DNA of 64,000 nt from Lingula anatina (Eukaryota > Animalia > Brachiopoda), in assembly GCA_051362555.1 (NCBI GenBank), contig CM120646.1, positions 10,044,001-10,108,000 of the forward strand, given 5' to 3'. The notes beneath the pieces were generated by a model, which was given only the letters and a program-made list of their open reading frames with translations, was not told the origin of the DNA and did no database searches. The position numbers were made by a program, and so were the translations under genes. How positions within the stretch are numbered: position 1 is the first letter of the stretch; the number at the start of each line of letters is the position of its first letter. Positions 1 to 10,794 of the stretch are shown here, piece by piece.

Positions 1-320
1 ATGGGACTGATGCTCAAACTACAGGGCACATAATTTCAATTGTATAAGCTCTCTTACTAAAGGTTAAAGTGATTTTCTACAGAATCTACCTGCCAAAATG
101 AATTTTCCCGAGGTAAAGTGCAATTTCTGTACGCAAGCTTCCATAGATCCTGGGAAGATGCATGTAACTACAACATCAGGTATGCTTCATATAAACATTT
201 ATTCAGGGTGTAGCATGTATTATCTTTACTGTCTGAACAGAGAAATTCAAGAAGTTTTGCAGGATATAAATATGACTGCAGAGGATTTTCAAATGTGTGT
301 AACTTTAACTATATGGAACT

Positions 321-543
321 ATTCCCACAGATATTTAGATCGATCTATCTCCCTGGGGAGTCTCACTAACTTAACCGGCTTAAATTTCTGTCATGCCGTT
401 AAGGGGTAATTATCTTCACCCCCTAGCTGATTCGGTAGGCGTGACAGACATTTAAGCTGGTTAAGTTGATAGCAATTTAGTGAGACTCTCCAGGAAGTTA
501 GACCGATCCAGATGGATCGATCTAGGCATGGGAACCTAGTCTA
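321..543. mobile_element. Short foldback/MITE-like element, same family as 18048-18271
   Basis: Inverted ends TCCCA..TAGATCGATC..GGGGAGTCTCACTA and TAGTGAGACTCTCC..GATCGATCTA..TGGGA; close homologue at 18.05-18.27 kb. Confidence 0.7.
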
Positions 544-573
544 TGAAACTTCAGGTTTAATTGTTTCACTCAC

Positions 574-669
574 CAGCAACCTTGGCTTGAAATGCCACTC
601 CCACTGCACATACGGAGTTAGCAACTGCCCCTATCTCCCCTGCACAGCGTGTGCCATGATGATTTTTAT
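574..669 (-). CDS. PCSK7: PCSK7-like exon carrying the catalytic His ([11 protein letters not shown])
   Basis: Acceptor TTTTCCTCCAG|AT, donor GCTG|GTGAGT; 96 bp; not in the ORF track. Confidence 0.93.
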
Positions 670-3600
670 CTGGAGGAAAATCAACTTATACACAAAATAA
701 CTTCTTTTAATGATACTATTCCAATAGCAGTTAAAATGCAAGGCAGTAAAGTAAAAGGCCCTTTCTGACATTTAAGTGTAGTGTTCTAATTTAACTTGAC
801 TATTTTTTTATTTATTTTGGGACAAATAACATCTTGGGTCATAGTATTTAATCCTTTAGTGAAATATTGGTTAGCAGGAAGTTACCTTTATTAATTGCAG
901 GCATAGGATCACTGTCATGAGAATTCAGATCCCAACTTCCTTGAGGACTGTAATTGTCTTGAATGTCTGGGTTTGTCCACTCTAGACCTACAACAACAAT
1001 TGTACAAGTAACAAACATAACAGTAGCAGTGCTTTCACATTTATTTTCCAAGTCACATACTCCTTTGGCCTTAACCCAAATTTTTTTAATTAATCATTTT
1101 ATAGATATCATGTATATTTTATGATATATTCAAAACAATATAGCATCTGTCACCTGTTTTATAATACGTATATATATCTTCAAGCTCTGTTCAAATCAGT
1201 TCTCAGAGAGAGAGTCAATTTCTGAATTAATCTAGGAACATTTTAAAGGGTTCTCATTAAATGAGAACCTACATTTACAGCAATGATTGTATCTAACCTG
1301 ATATGCTCACAGTTCATTGTCTGAGCAATTACTTGATTGTATGTAATACCCTGGGATTCTAGAACAACCCCCCCCCCCCAACAATTCCCTTCCCCTAGAC
1401 AACCCAACCCCCTCCCTAAACAATTCCCTCCAAAGAATATATACATAAACATACAAATATGAAGTAAAGATTGCAAAATTCAAATCTTTTCATCCATTTT
1501 ATAAATATTTTTAATTGTGGATATGGAACATTAACATCAGTAACCAAATTATTTTATCCCAATGTCATCTTTGTGAAGTACAAGTATATAAAATCTTATT
1601 AAAATCTGATAAAGGTATATTCAACTATCCTCTGAGTAAAGGTGGGTAAACAGATAAACATATATTTCAAACAGATATTTTATCATATGAATGTTTTTTA
1701 GGGTAGAGAGTAGACAGGTATGGTCCAGCAATTAAACAAAGCATACATAAATATTTTAATGGCTCTCTATAAAGGATTTACCAGCTAAAATAGCTTTCTT
1801 TTTGGGAGGGGGGAGCAATTTTCTACTACTCACAATTTAAATCAATCCCTGCTTTGCAGAATAAATATGCCTGTGGGAAAATTTTCAAATGGGAGCAGAG
1901 TGCCTTTAAATAAGTATTAGTACATATCTGGTTTAAAGCTCTTGGTAACCACAAGATGACCTTGACCTTACCATCATCAACCACCACGACTGTCACTCCT
2001 CGTCCAGAGATGTTCCTGGACCACACCTCCTGGACATTGATATCCATCTGGGGGTTAACCTCATTGTGCTAGGAATAGAGAAGGCAAACATGTTCAGACA
2101 ATTATATGTACGCAAATGGCACTGCAGAACAGTTAAAAGATTGATAAATGTATGCATTATCTATTATTTAACACACTTAGAGAGCTCAAATGACTCAAGC
2201 AACAGTAAGCACACACAATATAGTTGTAAAAGGCAAGGCCTGCATTTCCTAAGAAAATCTGGACCCAAGACAAAGGTTCTTCAAAAACCTGTACCAAAAC
2301 AAAACTGAGCAAGTTGCACTTGTTTTGGGCATTATAAACACATAAAATATTATCCAGTACGATTACAGTAAGTAAAACATTTGTGTTTACATGTTGGTTC
2401 TTAACGTATCACACTATATATGTGCACACATGGTAATTTTGGACGACAACAGCCAAGAACTCTGTTCACTGTATTTGTCTGTGTGTGTGGGCATGTAATT
2501 GCACACATGTAGAAAGCTTTTACTTAATGTGCATTCAGAACAGATGATCCATGGACTAACTGATCTGCTGACTGAATGTGGCCAACCCCACTTCAAAAGC
2601 GATGCAGCTAATATTCCTAGTAGTCTCCCCGCACGCACCATCGCTGCAGGCCTAGGGCCAAGCAATTAAATCTCGAAACCGACATTTAATCCGTTTAATG
2701 GCACTGTGGAGGCAGGGAGACCATCAGGGATTTGCAGCATCAGTTTTGAAGTGATGTTAGCCATATTTAGATGGCGGTTCAGTTAGTCCGCAGATCACCT
2801 GTTCTCAATGCACTCTTAGGCTGCATTCTCAATGAATTAAGCCAGGCTTTACAAATCCTGAGACTAAATATGGCGGACGTACATGAAAGGAAAACCGCCT
2901 AATCTTTTAATAGTCTCTCCGCCTCTCACACGCCTCCCCACATGTCGTCCCTGCGGGGTACAGTCATTAAATCTCGGCTCCGTTCGCCATGCGGAAGCTA
3001 CCTGAGAAATATTAATTGCACAAAAACTCAAGGTGAAGAAAGCATGGCGGCTGGAGGCGATCGAAGGAAAAAAAGCTTTTCTGTTCTATTATCTCTCAAA
3101 ACAGAGACGAAAAAGAAATGAATTGGCCCGTAGAGCAGCAATGAATCGGCTATCTACGGATATAATGTCACCAGAGATATTCACGGAGATACCCAGCCCC
3201 AGTAGACGGAGGATGAGGAGGGCAGAATTTTTGCATATGCAGTCTCTCGTCAGAGGGCGCAGTTCGTTCTGATGCAAATGTTTGGCTTGTTCCCTATGCC
3301 TGATCGAACTGGAAGGGGGGGGGTTCACTATTTTGATCCCGATTCATAGCTGCTCTACGGGCCAATTCATTTCTTTTTCTCAGGTAGCTTCCACATGGCG
3401 AACGGAGCCGAGATTTAATGACTGTACCCCGCAGGTACGACGTGTGGGGAGGCGTGTGAGAGGCGGAGAGACTATTAAAAGATTAGGCGGTTTTCTTTTC
3501 ATGTACGTCCGCCATATTTAGTCTCAGGATTTGTAAAGCCTGGCTCAAATCGTTGTGAATGCGGTCTTAGTAGATATATAGTTCACATACCAAATGCCAC

Positions 3601-4544
3601 TGTCTGGGATAGGCAGGGTCCTTGAAGTTCCAACTGCGTTTCACTCTAGGTCGAATAACCTGCTGACTATACCACAATACTTCTGGAGAGACATCCATTA
3701 TATGGTGAACAGTTTGTATAACTTCTCTCATATATGTTGAAGAATTCAAGTACAAACCATCTCTGCATCCAGGTTTATTCAAAATGTCTTCGTTTTCAGT
3801 TCTTATATTATCACCAGTTAACTGGGTTTTGTGAGACTTAGAATCCATATCCATAGTTTGTTTCTTGAATGTCTTGGAATGAAAGAACAGAAAAGTGTTT
3901 TCAATATAAGATTTTTGGCTACTTTCTGGAAACACACCTTGACTATCATGTTTGGTCAATTTTATCACAGATTTGGGGTACAAAAAAGTCTCTGTTTGAA
4001 GTGGGTTTTGACTTGAATCGAATTGACTGACTTTGGCATTTTGAGACCTGGATATTTTTCCTAATCTTGGCTTGGTTTCTGCATCAGAAGCACCTCTTGT
4101 TTCCTTCACATTAGAGACTGGAATGTTGTTTAACCTGAGTTCCAACATATAAATATCAAAATGTTGTAAATATTCCATTGGATAAAACATAACGGAAGCC
4201 CTAATCTTAGAATTAGATAACAACCCACCATTTAACCTATCAGCAATAGCTCTGGATACTGAACTGGCAATGTTTTTGATGTGTTCACACCGACTAGAAT
4301 AGTAGTAAAAGTGCTCAGTGTCTTGTAATTTGACTGCCCAACTATGTATCTTGGCACTGTGATACTTGGTATCAATGTGGTGTTTAACATGCTTTTCCAT
4401 AGCATCTGCATTCATGGTATGCTGAAGCAATGTGAAAATACATAGCCACGCATACAAAGCACCCTTTGACCTGACTTGCATATTATTTGACTTTATAATA
4501 AGCATTTTCATAATTGCCTTTATCCCTTGAAGTTCACAATCCAT
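574..4544 (-). CDS. PCSK7: Proprotein convertase subtilisin/kexin type 7-like (S8B serine protease), 5' part; coding exons 4544-3591, 2068-1972, 987-886, 669-574; gene continues past the left edge
   Basis: GT-AG splicing joins the exons in frame: ...RPRVKR|[114 protein letters not shown]. Catalytic Asp (VDDG) and His (HGTRCAGE) motifs are present. The VVVVDDG, NYSPxGSxDLN and [11 protein letters not shown] segments resemble PC7 more than furin or PC1/2 (from recalled sequences, not a search). Confidence 0.92.
886..987 (-). CDS. PCSK7: PCSK7-like exon ([29 protein letters not shown])
   Basis: Acceptor TTGTTGTAG|GT, donor AAAG|GTAACT; 102 bp, phase 1 to 1. Confidence 0.92.
1972..2068 (-). CDS. 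PCSK7: PCSK7-like exon carrying the catalytic Asp ([10 protein letters not shown])
   Basis: Acceptor TTCCTAG|CAC, donor GATG|GTAAGG; 97 bp, phase 0 to 1. Confidence 0.93.
2527..2815. mobile_element. PIF/Harbinger-like MITE
   Basis: Inverted ends GTGCATTCAGAACAGATGATC and GATCACCTGTTCTCAATGCAC; flanked by TTA...TTA. Confidence 0.65.
2819..3566. mobile_element. Large foldback PIF/Harbinger-like non-autonomous element in a PCSK7 intron
   Basis: About 190-bp near-perfect TIRs (GGCTGCATTC...CTACCTGAGAAA and TTTCTCAGGTAG...GAATGCGGTC), further internal inverted segments, TTA TSD at 2816-2818 and 3567-3569. Confidence 0.85.
3591..4544 (-). CDS. PCSK7: PCSK7-like exon: signal peptide, extended prodomain and RVKR autocleavage site
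   Basis: Track ORF 3567..4544. Hydrophobic [13 protein letters not shown], prodomain motif SWAVKL, and [14 protein letters not shown]. Donor TTG|GTATGT at 3590. The start codon could be 4544 or a downstream ATG such as 4481. Confidence 0.9.
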
Positions 4545-6334
4545 GAACTAAGGTCAGCAACCACTTCAAAAAAGATTCAGTTCTTTGGTTTTTACAACTG
4601 ACAATTTGTATTGGCATATAAAGATAGCAAATAAATAAAGACACTTTAATAAATACTGTCAACAGTAGAATAAGCTGCAGATATAATATACCATATACAT
4701 GTAAAAATATAATAAAGATCTTATCTTTTGTTTTCACAGTTAACATATATTGTGGATCCTGTCAAGTTTCATAAAGTTGCAGATGTGGTAACATGTTTAT
4801 AAATAACAGCAAAAAATCCAATGCATAAATATTTCAGTGTCCCTGATTGAGAGTTCATGAATGACTAGATTACTAAACCCAATATTACAGAGTCCTTTTC
4901 ACATGCTTCAATGTTTCTGACCTATGATCCAAAATATTTACTTTTAATCTTTAAAATCAATCCATGAATATTATCATAACTTATCTCCTGAAATCACAGT
5001 TGCTGCTATTTTATTGCACAATTCTTGCCAAGAGATCTTCAAGACCCGTTGAATAGTCCTTCATGTCTGTTAATAGAGGGAATTGTAGAAAAGTTAAAAC
5101 ATTATTGATGAAATATTATTGAATTCAACAAGTGTTCTTGCCAAACGTAGAGCCAGATTTGTAGGTCAGCGTCAGCATGCGAAGTATCACATCACAACAA
5201 TATCTTATGAATCAGGTTAAAAGTGCCACATCTATCTAGGGTAATAAAGATGCCCAATGATTGTGCAGCAGAGTAAGTTACTTAATGACACAAAATCTGT
5301 CAAATACAATTATGACACTATTGGCAAAGCTTGGATAGGTCAACTTCAGTATTGCCTACCCAATGATGAAAGTACATCACTGTCCAATATTCCCATAGAT
5401 ATAGATGTCTGAAAGCTAGTGTTATACCACCTTTCTCTGCAATTGTTGCTATTTACAACAGCTTGATCCTGCAGGATTTGTATGCAACTATTAGTCCGCG
5501 TCATCAACACTGGGCCCACATCAATTGCCAGGAAAAATGAAGACAGGATTATAATCTGTTACATTACTCACTGTCCACAGGTTCTGCTTTGGGTCTCACA
5601 CGGTTACAAGGTTTAAACTTTTTGGCACTGATTGAACTAACAAAAAAGAAATGCTGTAATGTTAAATAGACAGCACATAGCTGCATCTCCAACTCAACAT
5701 GCTTCAGCTGCACCGAATCCTCAACCTTATGATTCCACCATTTAAATAAATAATTCATTGGTAGGCAACAGATGTAACTGCAAGTGACTTCATCAAATAG
5801 ACAAAGCACCAATTTCCTCATATATAATTTACTGACGTTACAAGAATGAGCCTTCAGAAAATATGTCATATATCTCTTCTTCCTAAGTGAACAAGTATGG
5901 GACATGAACCAATCGTGTTTCATGGACAATAACAGAAGTCATTTTGTTCTCTCTGTCCTGGAGCATCCTTGGAGGTCATTTGGCTTGTATTCCTGAACTA
6001 TATGTTCTGAAGGGCAAATCTGAAAGGATACAAAATAAATTTTGTCACACATCGAGTGGATGCTCAAATCCCAAGTACAAAACAGAATTTTACAACTGCT
6101 TAATAAGTGAAAATAACACACTGTCTATGATGCTAAACACCATGCACACATTTACTTGAAGACAGTCAAAATCATAATTTTTCAGAGGCACATTCTTTGA
6201 TGTTTTTTTTAATATCATTTACAAGTAACTATAATTTGATTGATATATTTTACCATTGTGCTTGCACAAGGCAAATCACAATTTATACCAGTAGTGTTTA
6301 ATGTATGATATTTTGATACTGAACTATACATAGA

Positions 6335-6760
6335 AGGTACTCTGTACCAGTACAGTACCATAAAAATCGATTAGGTACAGGTCCAAAATACTGGATCATG
6401 AAGTACCGGTACTGTACCGATATAAATTTACACCAAGTATGTGCTTGGTCAACAAACTCAAAAGCAGGTAAGAGGTCAGTCACTTTTCCATTTTTGCCAC
6501 GTAAGGCCCTGGGCTGCGCAGAGTTAATTTGTTAAATTGTTCACGTCGTATTAAACTTACCTTTATCAAAAATTATTTGCCTCTCAAAATGCAGGAAATG
6601 CACGGTCAAAAATTTCAAAATTTCCCAGACCCCCCAGGAAGATCAGGCCTTCGGTCCTCCATGGGACACCCGAACACTGGTTCAGGTACAGGTCCGGACC
6701 TATATCTAAACCTCTGTACCGGTACCTGTACCTGATGTTACGTTTAGGTACACAGCCCTA
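6335..6760. mobile_element. Partial DNA-transposon-like element with GTAC-rich subterminal repeats
   Basis: Clusters of GTACC/GGTAC motifs at both ends; right end CAGCCCTA (TAGGGCTG on the minus strand, hAT-like); left TIR not found. Confidence 0.4.
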
Positions 6761-6944
6761 ATACAAAGATATCCAAGACAACACATAATACACGTACTAG
6801 TATGCAGGCATTAAACAAAGACAGTCATAGAATCAATGACATTCATTCAAAAGTATGTCAAAACAGTTTAATTTTGATTTCAAAGATCTCATAATTATGT
6901 GATCAAAATATTCATTATCCTAATATATAAGCCTCAAGTCCGCC

Positions 6945-8490
6945 TTTTAGGAAAGTTTAAAGATGACAGGGTCGTGGTTTGTCCAGCATTCAGCACGGCA
7001 CACATCCCTCGTGCCTCGTACGTCCTGCCGTCCCTCTTCCTGAAGATGAGAAAATTTATGAGAAACCAATGCTCTGAGCAAAGTGCTTCTATGACTTCCT
7101 GTTGTTGGTGCCGAGTCAGAAGATGGTACTTGTGATCAGAAGGTTGTGTTCAGCACATCTGGAGAAGCAGTAGACCCATGCTGTTACTGTTACCTATCCC
7201 ATGCTTCCCAATCACTTTTTCTCATACTGTGCCATCTCAGGCAACTCTCATATTTAAGTCACCAAGAATGATGAGCTTGTCTCTGTTGGGAACAATTGTG
7301 ATGATAGCAATTAGGTCCTCACAGAACTTATCCTTGATCTCATTTGGGTTTGTCATGGTGGACATGCACGTAAGGGGAGTTTCAGGGTCATCAGGTGATC
7401 ATTTTCTCCTTTGGTGTGCCAGCCTGCTTGCCAATGAGGGTTTTACACAGCAAATCCAACTCGAGCCTCCTGTCTTGCCTCAGGGCTGCAACTCCTCCAA
7501 AAGAACATATAACCTGCATCTTACTTACTAAGCTAGCCTTACCCTGCCTATCTGGTCTCACATAAGGCAGCAATGTCAATGTTGTATCTGGTGAATACAC
7601 TCCCAATGAGTGTCTCAGTTCTGTCTGAGTCATCTATGTCCAGAAGCATACGGTATATGCACATTCCATTTGCTCATAGTCAATGGGGTGATCCTTGTTA
7701 CTTGTTTTTTTATTTGCTAACTACGGTGGTGTGGAGCAGGCAGTGTTGAGGGTATCTTGTCTAGCTCCTTCATCCTGCCATGGGAGATGAGCAGTGATGT
7801 CCTGAAAAGGACTGCTTAGTCACTCAGGGGGATACCAGACTCCACCAGACTCCAGTGAATGAGAAATCAACCGTGTGCAGATCTGCTCCTACAACTTCCA
7901 GTGTACCCACACTTGTTGCTCACCTGTCACCACAGGACTTGCAGAAAGGTGATGATAGGATGTAAGATTACTGATGACTTGCGCAAAGACTTTGTAAATT
8001 GTAAAAAAAGAGTTGTGCAGCGTCAACCTCACATTCTTGTTCAAGACCATCTGTTTCCAGTAGCAAGATGAGGTCAAGAGGTCTAGAGACAAAAAACATG
8101 TGCAGTGGATGACCAGGATGTACTATATGCCTCATTCTGCTCTCAGCACTCCAGTGCTCTGTTGCAACCACCTTCTTCTCCATTGAATCACGACAGTTTC
8201 TTCCAGTCTGCCAGATTCAGTTTTCACATGATTGAGTCGGCAAACACTAAGAAGTTTACCAAGGACTTGACATCCATCTGCTTCCCTCACCTAGTTTAGC
8301 CACCCTCTAAAAACGATTGCCCGGGGTGGGCACTGCCACATACTGGCAGCTTCTAGGACCCATAGGTGAGAACTGGGTACCAGTGAAGACCAATACAGAG
8401 CAAGCCACCCTTGGAAGAGCCTCTCTGTAGATGTAATACATGTACGTACCCCTCCCGAGCAAACTACACGAACTCCCTAAAAGGGCTACA
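6945..8490 (-). mobile_element. Decayed RTE-clade non-LTR retrotransposon: 5' UTR and apurinic endonuclease domain, 3' part missing
   Basis: Minus-strand translation with stops and frameshifts: PTMTNPNEIKDKFCEDL..RDKLIILGDLNMRV..EKVIGKHGIGNSNSMGLLLLQ..HWFLINF..ECWTNH, matching RTE endonuclease motifs (LGDFNARVG, CWTDH). Confidence 0.88.
8285..8460 (-). ncRNA. Candidate HDV-like self-cleaving ribozyme at the RTE 5' end (possibly decayed)
   Basis: Minus strand: CUCACCUA/UAGGUGAG (P2-like), GGCUAAAC (J4/2-like), GGG-UCC...CCC-ACCCC-GG (P3/P1.1/P1-like). RTE 5' UTRs are known to carry HDV-like ribozymes. Confidence 0.45.
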
Positions 8491-8618
8491 TAGATATATT
8501 GTGTTATATAGAGTGGACAATTTTGTGTTTCTTTACATACATGAACAATCAGGTATAACAGTTAAGGCAAAATAATTGTGATCTTATGTGCTATTAAAAG
8601 GGTTTTGATACTGTGTAT

Positions 8619-8986
8619 GATAACGGATCAGTTAGGTGTGGAAAATTCAGGTAAATTAGTTCTGGAAAAATGTTTGTGATCTTCAATCAACCAGGGCCAG
8701 AAATCCTTATTTCGGCAGTCATGGTTTAGTTAATACCCCATATTTGACAGTAAACAAAAAAGATTTAATAACAGCATTTTAGCATCAATGGAAAACTGGT
8801 GACAGGTAGGATTTGACAAACAAGTAATTACACAATTGACTGATCAGTTATCTTATTTATGGCTGAGATCACAACCACTTTCCTTTACCTGTTTTTTTTT
8901 TTTTTTCCTGAATTTTCCATACCTAACTGATATTTTCCCTAGCTGCAGTACCTGAGTTTTTCCACACCTTTAATGATCCTATTATC
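8619..8986. mobile_element. Foldback/MITE-like element
   Basis: TAACGGATCAGTTAGGTGTGGAAAATTCAGGTA is inverted at 8950-8985, with an extra subterminal copy at 8907-8934. Confidence 0.6.
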
Positions 8987-9257
8987 TTATTAATATACCC
9001 AAGATGTCAACCATTTCCTCTCAACTGCTTCCCTCGAAGTATCATGTAATAAGCATATAATTCTCAACAAGTGACTATCTGTGGTCCAAATTAAAAAACT
9101 CTAGAAATAAAAACGTGTGGCCCCCAGCTTAAACGATTTTGCATCAATTTATAATGGAGCACTACCACCGGCTCCCTTCGCCTTCCTCGTATGCACAGGC
9201 ATACTCAAAGTCAGCACTATGTCTCAAATGAAAGACTTAGAGAAATTTATTGTTTAC

Positions 9258-9400
9258 CTTCGTCTTTTTGTTTTCTCAATATTAACATATGGACAAAGAC
9301 CAACATGTTTCATGAGTCGATTTAGTTGCTCTCCAAGTCCGATTTGACCCATTTGCTAACACCATCCTCCACTTCCGGTTTGATAAGGTCACGTGCATTT
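9258..9400 (-). promoter_or_regulatory. Candidate PCSK7 promoter and non-coding first exon
   Basis: Minus-strand donor AAG|GTAAAC at 9257; ETS-type CCGGAAGTGG (~9369-9378) and CACGTG E-box (~9390) just upstream; possible acceptor TTGTCAG at ~4598 before the first coding exon. Inference only. Confidence 0.4.
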
Positions 9401-10794
9401 GTTTATTTCCTTCGCGAGGAGACTGTACGTTGATTAAGTCATTTTCCTTGAAAATATCTAGAAATTCACAGCACAAAAGATAAAAATAGACTAGTGCAAA
9501 AGTGCAGCAGAAAGATTGCATCTTGGACATTATATATATCTAGTTATTCAGTTGATAGAATAAAGGAGTTCCAACAAACTCTTTTTCGCTCAATGAACCA
9601 AGAACTTGATAAAAGCAGCACTAGTCTATGTGATGTACCACACTAAGAAAAAAGGCGAAGAAGAAGAAAAAAGCGACTCCAACTTCTTGGTTAAACATAT
9701 TATTACTAACCAGTACTTATTAGGACATTTCTTTAAGAACATTTTACCCCCCCCCCCCCCCCCCCCCCCTCTCTTCGCAGCACGCCCTGTCTTCACTAAC
9801 ACAACAAGGTGATATCTGTGGAGGCCGTCACAATCATGGTTGAGACGCCATCAAAACCAAATCGCTGTGGCCTATGGCACCTATCCCAAAGCCTCTGTCA
9901 CAACCGGCCGTACGGGCTCTTACGGGCTGTTCGCGTCCAAATTTGCCGCAGCATCTCACGTCCCACGCAAGTCCTTCTTTCACAATTTCGAGTTCGCAGA
10001 CAGCCCGTAAGCACATATGAAGAATATTGGACATGTCCAAATGATTTTACGAATAATCTGCGAACAGCTAGGCCGCAAGCGTGACTTGCTCACCTCGCAA
10101 GGAGTATACAAGGAGTTCGCAAGTGAGACGCGCGTGGGCCAAGACTCACGTTGCAAACAAAGAAGGAGCAAGTGCCTTTCTTGTGTTGAGTACGGCGCAC
10201 GCTCTCACAACTAACGAACAAAAAGTCGAAAGTACACCTGGGTTGCGTCGCACGTGCGTCACCCCCACGCCTGGGGTATAAAAGGTGTGCTCACGACGCA
10301 CGCTCGTGACTGGACAATGAACGTCGACTGAGCAACGTGTACAATAAATTTCAGCAATTTGAAAGTTTTCTCAGTTCAGCTTTTAATATGCCTTCAAACG
10401 GCAAGAGAAAGAAACTTAGAGAGCGGAAAAGAAAGGATAATAAAGAAGAAAGAAGGGAAGAACAGGATGCAAAATAATTTGAAATTGACGTACGCCGCCA
10501 CTATGTCATCACAAACGTGTGACGGTGTGAGGCAAGTGTGAAGCAAAACTGACGGAAAAGGGAACTACTTTCGCCGTGCGTTGCATTCTCTTCCTAAGTG
10601 GTGAGTGCGTGCCACATACGCGACCGCAAAACAAACTCAATGAGTGAGTACAATTTCCACGGCCATCGCGCCCTGCAAATAGCGTCCCTTTTAAAAATAA
10701 TTCTTACGTGGCATCGCGACTAGCAAGACAGACTTGCGCCTTTCCACTGAAATTCGTAGCGGACGTGCGATCCTAAAATTCGTTCGTCCTGTTG

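Noticed and set aside
98-409. ORF 98..409, or a further PCSK7 exon at 90-230
   Set aside because: The expected next PC7 motif (IRVLDG..SWGP) was not found on the minus strand, and the ORF runs into a MITE
3033-3521. ORFs inside the foldback element
   Set aside because: Short, with no transposase or Myb motifs recognised
5050-5950. Possible old LINE remnant
   Set aside because: Candidate RT motifs are weak and in the wrong order
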